64,000 nt of DNA, taken from positions 231,508,001 through 231,572,000 of the forward strand of contig OZ024743.1 in assembly GCA_964016885.1 (NCBI GenBank). The letters run 5' to 3'. Shown here piece after piece: positions 1-14,000 of the stretch; the stretch's first letter is position 1, and each line of letters starts with the position of its first letter. The notes beneath the pieces are model-generated. The model did no database searches, was not told the origin of the DNA, and saw only the letters and a list, made by a program, of their open reading frames with translations. The stretch comes from Eledone cirrhosa (lineage: Eukaryota). A program made the translations under genes and the position numbers.

Positions 1-1236
1 CTGAGTACATTAGAAGAATAAGGAGTGTATTAAAATAACATCTAAATAGTAGGAATGCCATAAGCGCAGTGAATCCCCGAGATGTCTCTATTATTAGGTA
101 CAGTGCGGGAATTCTGAAATGGGATGTTGCTGAACAAAAAGAAATGGATACGAAGACTAGGAAGCTATTGACTATCTACAACATGTTCCACAAGAGGAGT
201 GATGTGGATAGACTCTACTTAAAGAGATCTGAAGGTGGAAGAGGTCTTATCAGCATAGAGGACTGTATTCAGATGGAGAAAAACAACCTGCACAAATACG
301 TGACTGACAGTAGGGAGCCAATGCTCAGAAATGTACTGAAGTAGAGGACAATAGATCAGGGGATGTGCAGGGAGGAAATAATAGCAAGGAGGAAGAACAA
401 CCTTAATGAAAAATCCTTTCATAGTACCTTCTTTGAGAAAATTGAATTTAGAGATCCACAGACATGGAACTGGTTAAAAAGATGAGATCTTAAAAAGGCT
501 ACAGAAGGAATGCTAATGGCTGCGCAAGAGCAGGCCCACAGAACGAAGTGGGTGAAACATCATATATACAAGGAGGAGGCTAGCCCACTGTGTAGGATCT
601 GTGGAGAGAGGAGTCTGTGGCTCACATTGTATCCGAGTGTAAACACCTAGCCCAGACTCACTATAAAGGCTAGAGACATGATGTGATGGGCAGGGTGATC
701 CACTGGCACCTATGGAAAGTAAACAATTTACCGCATTCTGAGAAGTGATATGAACATAAGCCTGAGTCGGTGATAGAAAACGATCAGGTGAAGGTGCTAT
801 AGGATTTTAGGATACAGACGGACAAGAAACTGGAACACAATAAGCCTGACCTGGTGGTTTTGGACAAAGAAAAAAGAACGTACCTAATTATGAATGTAGC
901 CTACCCATTTGACACGAGAGTGCAAGAAAAGGAGAGGGAGTAAATTAACCGATACCAGGACTTAAAGTGGGAGGTAAAAGGGATTTGGAACTGCCATGAA
1001 GTCAGAGTCGTCCCGATTGTCAATGGCGCACTAGGTACAATCTCAAAGAGTTTCCAAGGATGGTTAAAGAAAATTAGTCCAGCTCCGCTTTTTAGAACAC
1101 TTCAAAAGGCATGCTTGCTGGGAACAGCAAGAACCCTCCGATACGTCCTGAATATCTGAGGCTGCAGGTAGCAGCATGATATTAATTTCAACAAACTTTC
1201 CCGTAAATTAACATCTATGACTGAGACTCAAAGAAC
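1..1236 (+). mobile_element. 3' part of an R4/Dong-clade non-LTR retrotransposon (RT C-terminus, CCHC knuckle, restriction-like endonuclease), decayed; copy 1
   Basis: Translates to CRICGER..AHIVSEC, RHD, KPDLVVLDK and LQKACLLGTARTLRYVLNI* (stop 1157-1159), with several internal stops; followed directly by (AAT)n. Confidence 0.9.

Positions 1237-1296
<60 letters not shown>
1237..1296 (+). repeat. (AAT)n tail/target microsatellite
   Basis: About 19-20 AAT units immediately after the element 3' UTR. Confidence 0.95.
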
Positions 1297-1298
<2 letters not shown>

Positions 1299-1565
1299 AG
1301 TCAAAGTGATCCCGATTGTCATAGGCGCACTGGGGACTATCTCCAAAGGTTTCCAGGGATGGTTAAAGAAAATCGGCCCCTTCACGCTTTTTGGAACGCT
1401 TCAAAAGGCATGCTTGCTTGGAACGGCAAGAACCCTCCGATACGTCCTGAATATCTGAGGCTGCAGGTAGTGGCTTGATATTCAATCCAACGGACTTTCC
1501 AGTTAACCAACATCAATGACTGAGATTCAAGGAATAACAATAACAATAATAATAATAATAATAAT
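1294..1565 (+). mobile_element. Severely 5'-truncated R4/Dong copy with (AAT)n tail, located in the tail of copy 1
   Basis: EVKVIPIVIGALG...RYVLNI* (stop 1456-1458), same 3' UTR, then AAT/AAC repeats. Confidence 0.88.
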
Positions 1566-2289
1566 AGGGAATAAAACGCACATGGGGGATATAAATCGTT
1601 ATGGAATCGCTCGAGTATGTTTTTGATTTTTACTTATTTAAAACCACTGTGATAGAATAATTCTTATTACAAATGAAATATAAGATTACAGTTTTGACTC
1701 TCAGCAGGCGACAACGCATCACATTACGGCATAGGGCCCCAATATTTAATATTTAATTTTGGATCAGAAATGTTATAGTCGAAAAAGAGAAAAATGGCTA
1801 AGTGGACAGACAGGCAAATCATTTCACAACCAACACCACCACCGCCACCATCGCCACTACCACGCCAAAAACTCTAGTCAAGTTACCTCAACTTCTATTT
1901 CTACTTCAACTTCAACACCATCCCTACAGTACTACGATCACATCACCACCAACACTACCTCATTATCGCTACCGCCGCTATTCTCTCCCACTACCTCCTG
2001 CTAAGACAGGCATCATAGTATTCCCACTAAATGAGGAAGGCATCAACAGATATAAATAGACTGATTTGATGACCCGGTCAAAAAATCAAAAAAATCAAAA
2101 AATCAAAATCAAAAAAGCAGAGCAGCAACGTGAAACGTAAAGAAAAGAAAAGAGAAACGAAAAACAAACAGACAGACAGTCAAGCAAAAATACTAAGTCA
2201 GACATTCAAACATTACATTACAATGAAAGTTATGCTTACTTTGTTTTTTTTTACCTATTTGTTTGTTTGTTTATTTGTGTTCGTCTACA
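1566..2289 (+). repeat. Spacer or long 5' UTR preceding Dong copy 2; paralog of 5926-7140
   Basis: Clear alignment with 5926-6410 and 6960-7140 (e.g. tatggaatcgctc, aacgcatcacatta.ggcatagggcccc, aaactaagtcaga.attcaaacatt). Confidence 0.85.
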
Positions 2290-5200
2290 GCGTGATAGTG
2301 CCACGCTAAAATCACCGCAGGTGATGAAATCACCAGTTGTTATGTAACCGTACATTCACCAATCCTTGATAAGAGTGTTTCAATGTCGAACCTAAACAGT
2401 TCGAATAACGGTGAAGTGGAGACTGGAATGTCATGTGACAGACTCTCACACAGCATGTGCTCCCTGGCTCAGCAGCAGGGACCTGGCCGTCAACCATATA
2501 CTGCTGATGTCGGAAGAAGAAGAAGGAAAAGGACGAGAACCAACTGGACGAAATAATTGAATAGAACTGTTATGCAATGTTACCTGAAGAGTAACCCCAA
2601 GGAAAAAGGCTATAACAAACGAAGGCATAACATCTGGAACGATATTGGTCTATTTAAATTAGATGAACAAAAATTAGCCGAGCAGGCTCAGGTAATAAGA
2701 ACTAATGGGTGGATAAGCGAGTTTGAACTGGAGGAACTGAGCAGAGAGATTAGGTTGGAAATGGAGAGTGGAGTATGCCAGGCAAACGAGCCAGTGGGAA
2801 ATGAAAGTGAAGAGGTTGAGAGAACGGGGGAAGCATCCGAAGCAGACAATGATCTGAATGCTGAAATAAATAATACCTGGAACAAAGATACGGCCATTCA
2901 GGACATGAATGCAGATGGGCTAGGACAATATTTGGTTGATATCCTAAACTTAGTGGTAGATGAAATGAACAATGATAGTGGGAAACCTATGAACCTAAGA
3001 TTTGTAGACAGGAAAAAGTTAAAAGAAACAACAGGTAAGGTAAACAAAGTCCTTGAGGCAAACATACCTTGAGGCGAGGAGCCTTCACCAGTGGAACAAT
3101 ATCCTCAAAGCAACTGCAAATGCGGTGAGGAAATTACTTGGCATAAAAGCGAGAGGAAACAAAAAACAAGAGTGATCAGAACCTTGGTGGAAGAAACGAC
3201 TGAATGGTCACATCAGGGGAATAAGAAATGACATTGCAAAGCTTGAGTCCTTAGTGAATAGGACACTAAAAAACATAGACACTAAAAATGGACTGGAAAT
3301 AAAGTACAAAACTAGGAGGAAAAAGCTAAATATTATCATAGAGGAACTGAAGTAACGGATTGTAGCAAAGAGTGCAAAAATTAGGCGATACGAGAGCAGA
3401 GTCAGACAGTATAGACAGAACTGCAAGTTTGACAACAACCAGAAGATGTTGTTTGGACAGATTGAAGGAAAAGAAAGAGGCAACTTGATCCCTGAGGCGG
3501 AACAAACTATGACATTCTGGAGAGGAATATGGGAGCAGGATGTTAATCATAATGACCAGGCAGTGTGGATTGAGACAGTACAAAAGGAGATTAGTGAACA
3601 GGCACATCAACAAACTGATTTGAGTATCACAGTTGAAACTCTTAAGGGGCAGGCCGAAAGACTAACCAACTGGAAATCACCAGGCCCAGATTGTGTACAT
3701 GGGTATTGTATTAAAAATGTATCATCCCTCCAGCCGAAACTGACAACCATGTTCAATGACTGCTTGATGTCACGTGAGATACCAGAGTGGTTGACAAAGG
3801 TACCACAGTTCGGGTAATGAAAGACCAAATCAAGGGTAATGATGTTACCAACTATACACATATCACATGTCTGTCCGTAATGTGGAAACTGTTGACATGC
3901 ATTGTGTCTGAGGAAATCTACCATCACCCCCACACAAACAACTTGTTACCGGACGAACAGAAAGGGTGCCGAAAGAAGTTCCATGGTAAAAAGGACCAGT
4001 TACTTATTGATAAGATGGTAATGAGGAATTGCAAGAGGAGAAACACTGGTCTTGCCATGGGATGGATAGACTACAAAAAGGCAATTGACATGGTACCTCA
4101 TTCTTGGTTCAACAAAAGCCTAGAGATCGTCAAGGTGGCAGATAACATCAGACAGTTGTTGAGCAAAAGTATGAAGTCCTGGAAAACAGAATTAACATCA
4201 GCTGGAGAATCCTTGGGAAGCGTAAATATCAAGAGAGGTATCTTCAAGGGAGATAATCTGTCCCCTCTGTTGTTTGTCCTTGCCCTGATGCCCCTGACCG
4301 AGAAGTGAGAGACGGATACAAGTTGGGAAAGAGAGAGCTTACCATCAATCACCCCCTCTTCATGGACGATCTTAAGCTCTTCGGGAAGATTGAGAGGCGT
4401 TGGATGTGCTTGTTGACACTGTCCGTATTTTCACCAATGATATATGTATGCAATATGGTAGTAGTAAGTGTGGAATCCTTGTGATGAAGAGGGGTAAATT
4501 GAGCAGAAGCAACGGAATCCAGGTGCCAACAGGTGAGATGATAAACGGAATTAACACTGAAGAAGGATACAAGTATTTGGGTATTCTGGAGGCTGATGAC
4601 ATCAAGAACAGAAAAATGAAGGAATTGATAAGATCTGAATACATTCGGAGAATAAGGAGCGTATTAAAGTCACATCTGAACAGTAGGAATGCCATAAGTG
4701 CAGTAAATTCCCGTGCTGTGTCTATTATTAGGTACAGTACGGGAATTCTGAGATGGAATGTTGCTGAACAAAAAGAAATGGATAGGAAGACTAGGAAGCT
4801 ATTGACTATCTACAACATGTTCCACAAGAGGAGTGATGTCGATAGACTCTACTTAAGGAGATCTGAAGGTTGAAGAGGTCTTATCAGCATAGAGGACTGT
4901 GTTCAGATGGAGAAAAACAACCTACACTAATACGTGACTGATAGTAAGAGCCAATGCTCAGAATTGTACTGAAGGAGAGAACAATAGACCAGGGGATGTC
5001 CAATGAGGAAATAACAACAAGGAGAAAGAGCAACCTTCATGAAAAATCCCTTCACACTACCTTCTTTGAGAAAACTGAATTCAGAGATCCACAGACATGG
5101 AACTGGTTGAAAAGAGGAGACCTTAAAAAGGCTACAGAAGGAATGCTAAAGGCTGCGCAAGAGCAGGCCCTCAAAACGAAGTGGTTGAAACACCATATTT

Positions 5201-5915
5201 ACAAGGAGGAGGCTAGCCCACTGTGCAGGATCTGTGGAGAGAGAGAGAGGAGACTGTGGATCACATTGTATCCGAGTGTAAACACCTAGCCCAGACTCAC
5301 TATAAAGGCTGGAGACATGATGCGATGGGCAGGGTAATCCACTGGCACATATGCAAAGTAAACAATTTACCACATTCTGAGAAGTGTTATGAGCAAAAGT
5401 AAACAAGTTACCACATTCTGAGAAGTGGAATGAGCATAAGTCAGAGTCAGTGATAGAAAACGATCAGCTGAAGGAGCTATGGGATTTTAGGATACAGACG
5501 GACAAGAAACTGGAACACAATAAACCTGACCTGGTGGTTTTGGACAAAGAAAAAAGATCGTGCCTGATTGTGGATGTAGATTGCCCATTCGACACGAAGG
5601 AGAGGGAGAAAATTAACCGATGCCAGGACTTAAAGTGGGAGGTAAAAAGGATTCGGAACTGCCATGAGGTCAAAGTGGTCCCGATTGTCATAGGCGCACT
5701 AGCTACTATCTCAAAGAGTTTCCAATGATGCTTAAAGAAAATTGGTCCCGCCCGACTTTTTGGAACACTTCCAAAGGCATGCTTGCTGGGAACAGCAAGA
5801 ACCCTCAGATACGTCCTGAATATCTGAGGCTGTAGGTAGTGGCTTGATATTCATTTCAACAAACTTTCCAGTTAAATAATATCAATGACTGAGACTCAAA
5901 GAACAATAATAATAT
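2290..5915 (+). mobile_element. Near full-length R4/Dong-clade non-LTR retrotransposon, copy 2
   Basis: Single long decayed ORF with RT and RLE domains, 3' UTR and short (AAT)n tail. Confidence 0.92.
2383..5827 (+). pseudogene. RT-RLE polyprotein pseudogene (frameshifts and stops)
   Basis: Motifs PWWKKRL, NWKSPGPD, EQKGCR, WIDYKKA.DMVPH, GDNLSPLLF, FMDDLKL, YKYLG, CRICG, WDFRIQTD, KPDLVV. Confidence 0.92.
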
Positions 5916-5925
5916 GAATAATAAT

Positions 5926-7140
5926 TAGGGAAGATACGCACGTGATGGATAGAGTGTTATGGAATCGCTCTCGTAGATTTTTGATTTTTACTTATTTAAA
6001 ACAATTTTGATAGAATAATTCTAATTACAAATGGAACATAAGATTACAATTTTGGCTCTCAGCAAGTGACAACGCATCACATTATGGCATAGGGCCCCAA
6101 TATTTAATATTTAATTTTGGATGAGAAATGTTATAATAAAAAAAACAGGCAAATAATTTTACCACCAACACCACTACCGCTGGTGCCACCATCACCACTA
6201 CCACACAAAAAAATCTAGCCAAACCAAATGTTACTTCAACACCACCACTACAGTACTACTATCACATAACCACCACCACCAGCACTGCATCATTATCGTT
6301 ACCCGCCGCTATTCTCTCCTACTACCTCCTGTTAAGACAGAGGCTAGTAATATTACCACTAAGTGAGTAAGGTATCAAATGATATAAATAGACTGATTTG
6401 GTGACCCGGTTAGAAGCAACAACAACAAACCGAAAACATTATTGCTGCTGTACCTCTAAAACTCTCTCAAAATGATTAGTTTAAACGATGTCTAATATAA
6501 TAATAATAATTGTTTCTATTATCTTTGGTGCAGGGCCGGCAATTGCCCAGTGTATTGCTGGTGCTTTGTTTTATCGACCCCGTATAATATAATAATAATA
6601 ATAATTGTTGCTACTTTTGGCACAAGGCCAGCAATTTCCCAGTGCATTACTGGTGCTTTGTCTTGTCGACCTCGTGGGAATGGAGGGCAAAGTTAACCTC
6701 GGCTGATAATAATAATAATTGTTTCTACTTTAGGCACAAGGCCAGCAATTACCCAGTGCATTACTGGTACTTTATTTTATCGACCCCGTAAAGATGAAAG
6801 GCAAAGTCAACCTCGGCGGGATTTGAACTCAGATCGTAAAGGGACGTAACTATGCTGGAAAGCATGGCGTCCGACCCACTACCGATACTGCCAATAATGA
6901 TAAGCAACAAGTCGAAACAAATTTCAAAAGTTTTGAACGCTAACAGCCCTACTTCTCATGAAGCTGAAATAAAAAAATAAAAAATAAAAACAGCACAGCA
7001 GCAACGAAAAACGTAAAGAAAAAAAAAACAAAAAAAAAACAAGCAAACAAATAAACTAAGTCAGAATTCAAACATTTCATTACAATGAAACTTATGTTTA
7101 TTGTCTTTTTTTAGTTTTTACCTATTTATTTATTTATCGT
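5926..7140 (+). repeat. Second copy of the spacer/5' UTR, with a SINE cluster inserted
   Basis: Homologous to 1566-2289; begins right after the (AAT)n tail of copy 2. Confidence 0.82.
6500..6895 (-). mobile_element. Stack of three tRNA-derived SINE copies/3' fragments with (ATT)n tails
   Basis: Repeated ttgtttctactt..ggcacaaggccagcaatt..ccagtgcattactggt..tttatcgacccc; B-box-like gagttcaaatccc on the minus strand at about 6818-6830. Confidence 0.8.
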
Positions 7141-7690
7141 AGCTCCAGGGAGGTGTTATGCAGTAAGGGGGCGTTAGGGTGCGTTATGCAGTTGGGGGGC
7201 GTTTGAAACAGTGAAGGCGCTAGAAGCCCCTTTAGTTTGGTAAGTTTTATAAGTCATATTTGTACGTCTCTTAGACAGTCAGTGATTTGAATGAAGAAAT
7301 CGAAGAAAATAAATAAAAGAAGCTTGTCAACGAATTCTCTAGGGAGATAAAAGAAAATCAAAAGGAACCAAAGAGAATGATAGTAAGGACTCCTTCAACA
7401 GAAATGACAAGAAGAAGGAATGGTGGTGAACATACACACACATACATACATACACACATACACACACACATATATACACATACATACACACACACACACA
7501 TATATACACACACACGCCGGCGTTAGTTATTGATGAGGTTGAGAACCTGGTCAACCTTCAGCCAGAAGTGTGGTATTTAAACTCCCTAGGTAATAAAATC
7601 TGGCGACAAAAATGTTCTCCTTACCAAAAAAAGAAGACACAGATCATATCAACATCCTTACACACTTAAATATAAATATATGTATATATG

Positions 7691-7765
<75 letters not shown>

Positions 7766-7938
7766 TTACATACATACATATATTTATGTATTTGCGTATG
7801 TATACAGCTATGCATTTATAGATTTGTATATATACATGCATTTATATTTAAGTGTGTAAGGTTATATATATATATTGACTTTGTTAGTTTCAGGGTGAAA
7901 GCAGCAATTCTTTGCTTAAACTTTAATCTGTTATTTTA

Positions 7939-8077
<139 letters not shown>

Positions 8078-8230
8078 GTGTGACAAGAAGCTTGTTTCCC
8101 AACCACATATTTCCGGGTTCAGCTCCACTGCCCAGGCCAAACAAAGCCCTGTGAGTGGATTTGATAGATCGAAACTAAAAGAAGCCCGTCGTATATATGT
8201 ATATATGTCCGTGTGTGTCTTTGCGTTTGT
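8078..8230 (+). mobile_element. SINE fragment (tRNA-derived, second family)
   Basis: aagaagcttgtttcccaaccac..ccgggttcag; gccctgtgagtggatttg..gaaact..aagaagcccgtcg, followed by a TA/TG tail. Confidence 0.55.
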
Positions 8231-8464
8231 GTTTGCCCTCCCACCAATGCTTGTTGGTTTGTTGGCGTCCCCATAACATACCAAGGTGATGCTCCAGCAT
8301 GGACGTAGTCCAGAGACAGAAAAAAAGTAAAATATATATGTGCGTGTGTGTAGAAGAGTTGTCTCAAACTCAAGGACACAAAAGGGCTATTACGTCCTGG
8401 AGGAGAGGCACTGTGGGCCAAACGTGGTGGTGGGTGAACATTTTCACCAGTTATAATCATTTCT

Positions 8465-8636
8465 ACTATAGCAACAAGGCATGAAAATTGGGGTTTAGGA
8501 TTCAGTCGATTGCATCGATCCTAGTAGACAACTGGTACTTAATTCATCGACCCCAAAACGATGTAAGGCAAAACAGAAGAAGTACTGTTAAGCATTTCGC
8601 CGGATGTGCAAACGATTCCACCAGCTCGCCGCCTTA
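8465..8636 (-). mobile_element. SINE copy
   Basis: Shares ctggtactt..ttcatcgacccc..gatg.aaggcaaa with the main SINE family; the minus strand starts ggcggcgagctggtggaatcgtt. Confidence 0.6.
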
Positions 8637-8992
8637 TTTTCACCAGTTATAATGCGATATAAAATATTGGTTCTACCACGGGCCACAGATAAGTAGTTCG
8701 CGGGCCGCATGTGTGAGCCCCCAGTTGGAGATAGATAAACAGATAGATAGATAGATGTGTACCAAACACACACACATTTCTTACTCTCTCTGTCCCTCCC
8801 TCTTTCTCTCTTTATTTATATATATATATATATATACATATGTATATATATATGTGTGTGTGTGTGTGTGGAGCGTTGTTATCTGGGGTTGTTGAAAAGA
8901 GCAGTTGCCTTTGACCTGGCAATAAAAAACTGTAGACAAAATTCGTTCTGTACCCAAACCAATGCAAACACACACACAAGTCTGTGTGTGTG

Positions 8993-9070
<78 letters not shown>

Positions 9071-9489
9071 CGTATCTATGTGTGTTTGTGTGTGTCTGTG
9101 TATTTATATATAAGAGATACAAATACTACTTTCTCACTGTCTCCAAGCTTCTTTCGTTGCTAAGTATTTTATTTTGCAAGGTACTATTTTTCCCCTGAGT
9201 TTCTGATTTCAGGGAAAGGTAAGAAATTCTTCATATTTTACATCTTTTGTATTTTGACTTTACAGTTTGAATTGTAGAATTTTTTATCCAATCAAAATAT
9301 TATAACAGCTAACAGTGAAATATAGAATTTAAAAAAAAAAGCTTTTTCGACTGAAATTAAGTCTTTGAGAACATTAACGTCTATTTTTCAAAACTAGATA
9401 ATTTGAAATAGTTTGCTTTAGTTTTGGACTGAAACTTTTTTGTATTTAATTCGTACGGGTACTTTTTAAAGATCTTTTTAAAAATTCTA

Positions 9490-10665
9490 ACATAACTTGA
9501 TTTGGCCCATTACGTGCACTGCGGCATTCATATTTCTCAACTTATTATAACTAAGTCTGTACAACAAGCTTCACTTATCAAAAATGTTCTAGGTTACGTG
9601 AATAAATTGCGGAAACTATATAGTTACATCAGTGAAATTTATGCAAGCGTATTTATCACAACATGATGAAGAAAATGAAGTATCGTCACCACGCTCCTTA
9701 ACACCTGTGTGCTCTACTCGATGGCTAACACGACTTTCTGCAGTCAAAGCCCTTCTTGACAATTATTCAGATGTCCCTATTTCTTTACAAGAGGCAACAA
9801 ATGAGTTTGGCACCAACATTGCATCCAGAGCTAATGTTATTCTTACGTGTCACTCTCCGGGCCAATGTGTTCTTGGATTGCACGTTGTAGTTCCATTACT
9901 TCAATTCCTTGAAGGATTGAACAAATCTTTTCAAAGTACCACCTTCAATCTAGGTAGCATGTTGCATAGTATCAAACTGGTGCAGGAGGAGCTAAAAAAA
10001 TCTACGCAGTGAAGAAAAATTTCAGCAGAAAAAATGATTTATCAACTGGATATTTCTCCTTTGGAGCTACCCGGGTAACGAAAAGATCCTAAAAGATACC
10101 AAGAAGTAAATGCGTTAAAATATCAACACTGCACTGCTTTGGATCATTACAGAGTGCAGTATTTCCAGGTAGCGGATACTGCAATATCAAATTTGAAAGA
10201 TTATTTTTTTTCACAGGATTTAGCAGATTATGAAAATCTGAGCAATATTTTACTCAATGGAAATGTTTGCGCTGAAGTGATCATGCAGTATCCAGAGCTT
10301 GATGAATTTTCTTTAAGGAACGAAATGCTTATTTATAGAAATCATCATAGTGGATCATCTCTCTAGGATCATCGTAACATATTCGGTGAAATGCAACCAG
10401 AAGTCCGTCGCATGTTTCTAAATGTTGAGTGATTGCTCAGGCTACTTTTAATGTTTCCAACCAGTCCTTGTGAAGCTGAAAGATCTTTTAGCGCTCTACA
10501 GAGACTCAAAACTTGGTTGCGATCGACCATGACTCAGCAAAGGTTGAATCATATTCTAATATGAGACGTTCATAAAGATGTTTTGAAAAAGATTAGTTGT
10601 GAAGAAGTTGCTAAATTATTTATTGACAGCAATGATGCGAGATATGATACATTTGGAAAGTTCTA
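9490..10665 (+). pseudogene. hAT transposase C-terminal half (ZMYM1/P52rIPK-like group), decayed
   Basis: YVHCGIH, CSTRWLTRL, and the dimerisation domain SPCEAERSFSALQRLKTWLRSTMTQQRLNH; stops and frameshifts; TIR-like end ...gagggccctg at 10920. Confidence 0.85.
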
Positions 10666-11616
10666 AAAGACAATAAATTTACTTTATATAATTTTTATTT
10701 AAACGTCTATGTTTTATTTTTTGTTTATTTGATATAATAAATACTTTTAAAGCTTAATTTTTTTATATCTAAACTTCATTTGAATATATAAAATTTAATT
10801 AGAGTAAAGAAATTTTTTCTTATGTGATAGGGTTCAGGAAAGACACCATAAGTAATACTAAAATGCTCCAACAAATGTTGGTTTGTCCCCCTCACATTTT
10901 TAAGGCAAACGAGGGCCCTGGAAAAGAGCAACATTATTCACTGACCCATTCATCACCGTAATCCTTCAGCTCATTCTTACTAACATTCGGTTTGCTTGAC
11001 CCCATCTTATCTTCATTGCATTTCCACATCATTTATTCTATAACTAGGTTGTTGCTATTCCTATATAAACTGACTGTTTAAGGAAGTGCTTTTGTAGTCT
11101 TCAACAGTCATCCATTATAATTGCACCACCATTATAAGAATATCACAGTGATGCATTAAGGTAAGAGCGATCATTAAGGTAAGGGCGATCATTTGAGTAA
11201 CTCTGACTAATAAGTATTAGTATTATCGCGCCTTATCACTACGTGCTTAATTGATGAATTTCATTTCAAAATAGCACATTACTAGTCATTCTTGCATTAA
11301 GTTCTCTTGAACTCGTTGCCTCGTTGACCCTTTATTGAGTCTGCCACCTTAATTCCCTCAAGCTAAGTTATTACTATTCCTACATGAAAGACTGGTTAAT
11401 CTTCATATATAATTTGTCTCGACTTGGTTAATTAATGACAGTATTTGTGTTTTTCATTGCAGTTTTGTTTATTACAAAGTGTTATTCGAGAACATTACTT
11501 GAAACTTTATCGTACTGGAACAGGACACATTATAGTAAGTACCTTATACATAATTGTATAGGCTTATATAGGCAAATCTTTGCGTAACTTTACCAAACAC
11601 ATTCGCTAAACAGAAA

Positions 11617-13390
11617 ATGGCCTCAGCAATGATGAAAAAATGCTGGCAGTACAACGTTGATTACTTACGGTTCGGATTCATCACATCGCCGTAGAACCAC
11701 CTGTCACCTGTGTTTAATTTGCAAGGAGTCCTTTTAGGATGAGGTGATGAAGCCATCGCGTTTGAGTAGACACCTGGAGGTGAGGCACCCCGATAAGAGA
11801 TATACAGATTTAGCATACTTTCAGTCTCTTAGGGACCAATTCCAGAAAACAACACTAATTTCTTCTGCCTTTTCAAAAGTTGAAGCTTCAAATGTTGATG
11901 GACTTGTCGGATCTTACAATATTGCCAACATAATCTCAAAGTGTGGCAAGCCCTATTCCTTGAGTGAAACATTGGTAGCACCTCTCATCTCAGAAGTTCT
12001 TTCAACAGTACTACGTCAGAACCCGTTAAAGACCTTGAAATGTATTCCGATGAGTAACGACTCAATAAGGAGACGCATCGACGAAATGGCAGAAAATGTT
12101 GAACAAAAATTATGCAACATCTTGAAATCGACACAATTTGCTTTGCAACTTGATGAAAACACACTTTCCGGGAATCAGTCCTTACTACTGGGATACGTGT
12201 GATTTTTCCACCAAAACGAAATGCACGAGGAGCTTCACTTCACTCTGAATCTAGCCACAGATACTAAAGGTTCCATCATCTTTGAATCTGTCAAGGGATA
12301 CCTCGAAGAAAAAGAGATACCTATTAACAATATTGTTTCATGTGCTACGGACGGCGCAAGAGCAATGGTTGGCCAACAAAAGGGTTTCGTCTCTCTTCTG
12401 AAGAGGGAAATCCATCTGTATTTGCTGTCCATTGTGTCATTCATCGACAACACTTGGCTGCGAAGAAACTCAGCGAGCCGCTGAGCAAGTCTTTGCAAGT
12501 AGCCATTGATGTCATCAATTATATCAAACGCCATACCCTCAATGAACGAATTTTCCGGCAACTGTGCGAAGATAATGACGAAGAATTCGTCGAGTTGCTC
12601 CTTCATACTGAAGTGAGGTGGCTTTCAAAGGGCAAGTGCCATACTAGCTTCTATGAAATGTTCGACTCTATCATTGAGTTTCTTCAAGGACGCAACACAG
12701 AAATGTATTAAAAAAAACTCGATGTGAGGCAAGACTGCGCCTACCTCGCCGACATCTTCGACAAATGCAATAGCCTCATTATGGCTTTGCATGGGGAGAA
12801 GATCACCTTGTTTAAAGCAAAGTATGCTGTGAAAATATTCCTGGCCAAATTGAAAGTCATCGAAATGAATCTTTGTCGACGGGAATTCTATAATTTTCCT
12901 AGTGTCGCCAATGTTCAAAACATTGTAAGCGATGACCAATTCCAAATTTACACCAAGCACCTCCGTGCGACAACATGAGAGAACGGTTTGTCGACCTTTT
13001 GAAGATGGACATCCCAATGTGGATAGCAGATCCCTTCATAGCTAGCGTCGACTATTTCGACGTTAAATTTCAGGAAGAATTAATTGAACTTCAGACAGAT
13101 GACATTATCATAATAAAATTTTCCAAAATAGGTAAACCCCTTTTTTTTGGATGCAAGAAGAAATTCAGCGTCGATTTCCACTTCTACATGCAGAGGCTAA
13201 GAGATTTGCTTTGCCTTTTCCTAGCTCATACTTAGTCGAGAGGGGGTTTGGCGTTGTTTCCAGACTGCATAGTAAGGCTCGCAACCGCTACAATGTGATT
13301 GCACGTGGAGATCTCCGGCTACAACTCACGAAATTCCAGCCTGACGTCAAAGAGTTAGCTAAACTCCATGAAGCTCAAGGGTCCCATTGT
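11617..13390 (+). pseudogene. hAT Charlie/Buster transposase (ZBED5/SCAND3-like) pseudogene
   Basis: QYNVDYLRFGF, CLIC..MKPSRLSRHL (BED finger), FALQLDE, CATDGA, HCVIHRQHL, TEVRWLSKG, FPSSYLVERGF, RGDLRL; multiple frameshifts. Confidence 0.92.
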
Positions 13391-14000
13391 TACGAGGTCA
13401 AAGTAAGTCGATTTTTTTATTTGTAGTTGCAGTCTGACTGGACTGGAAACCATCTACCACAATTCACTTACTCATTTGTTGTATATATTTTACCGTTTAC
13501 TAATGAATATACCCTCTTACGTGGTCATGAAAACTCTCTTGCGTGGTCTCTAAGCTCACAAAGCGGAGGGGACTTCAAGTTAGATATCAACATTTATTCT
13601 CTACGTTTCATTAAAGGGAAAATTGGAAAGCTTTGAAATAATACAATTCCCACTTTCTTCCAGATAAGAGCACTCTTTGGATAGAAAGAGTTGCTATTGT
13701 ATAAATGTTCAAAATAGCTGGTATCGTCTGGTGGGAATATAACAAATTCAACTGGTCCTTATTCATAAAAAAGAACATTTATGTTCCTTTTTTTGAAATT
13801 TATATACTTCCTTTCACGGAATGTATTTATACTTTCAACAGCCTGCAATGGTATCTTTGGAATAACGTTAATCAATTTTTTAGAAATCTACTGATATCAA
13901 AATCAGTAGTATATTGAAAAATGGAAAAAAAGGGTAGGGGCGTTTCGTGATTTCGAGGGGCAAAGGGGGGTGTTTGGCCGAAATGGGTTGAGAACCCTCC

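Noticed and set aside
11617-13390. Domesticated ZBED5/SCAND3-type host gene
   Set aside because: Multiple stops and frameshifts plus transposon-like termini indicate a dead transposon.
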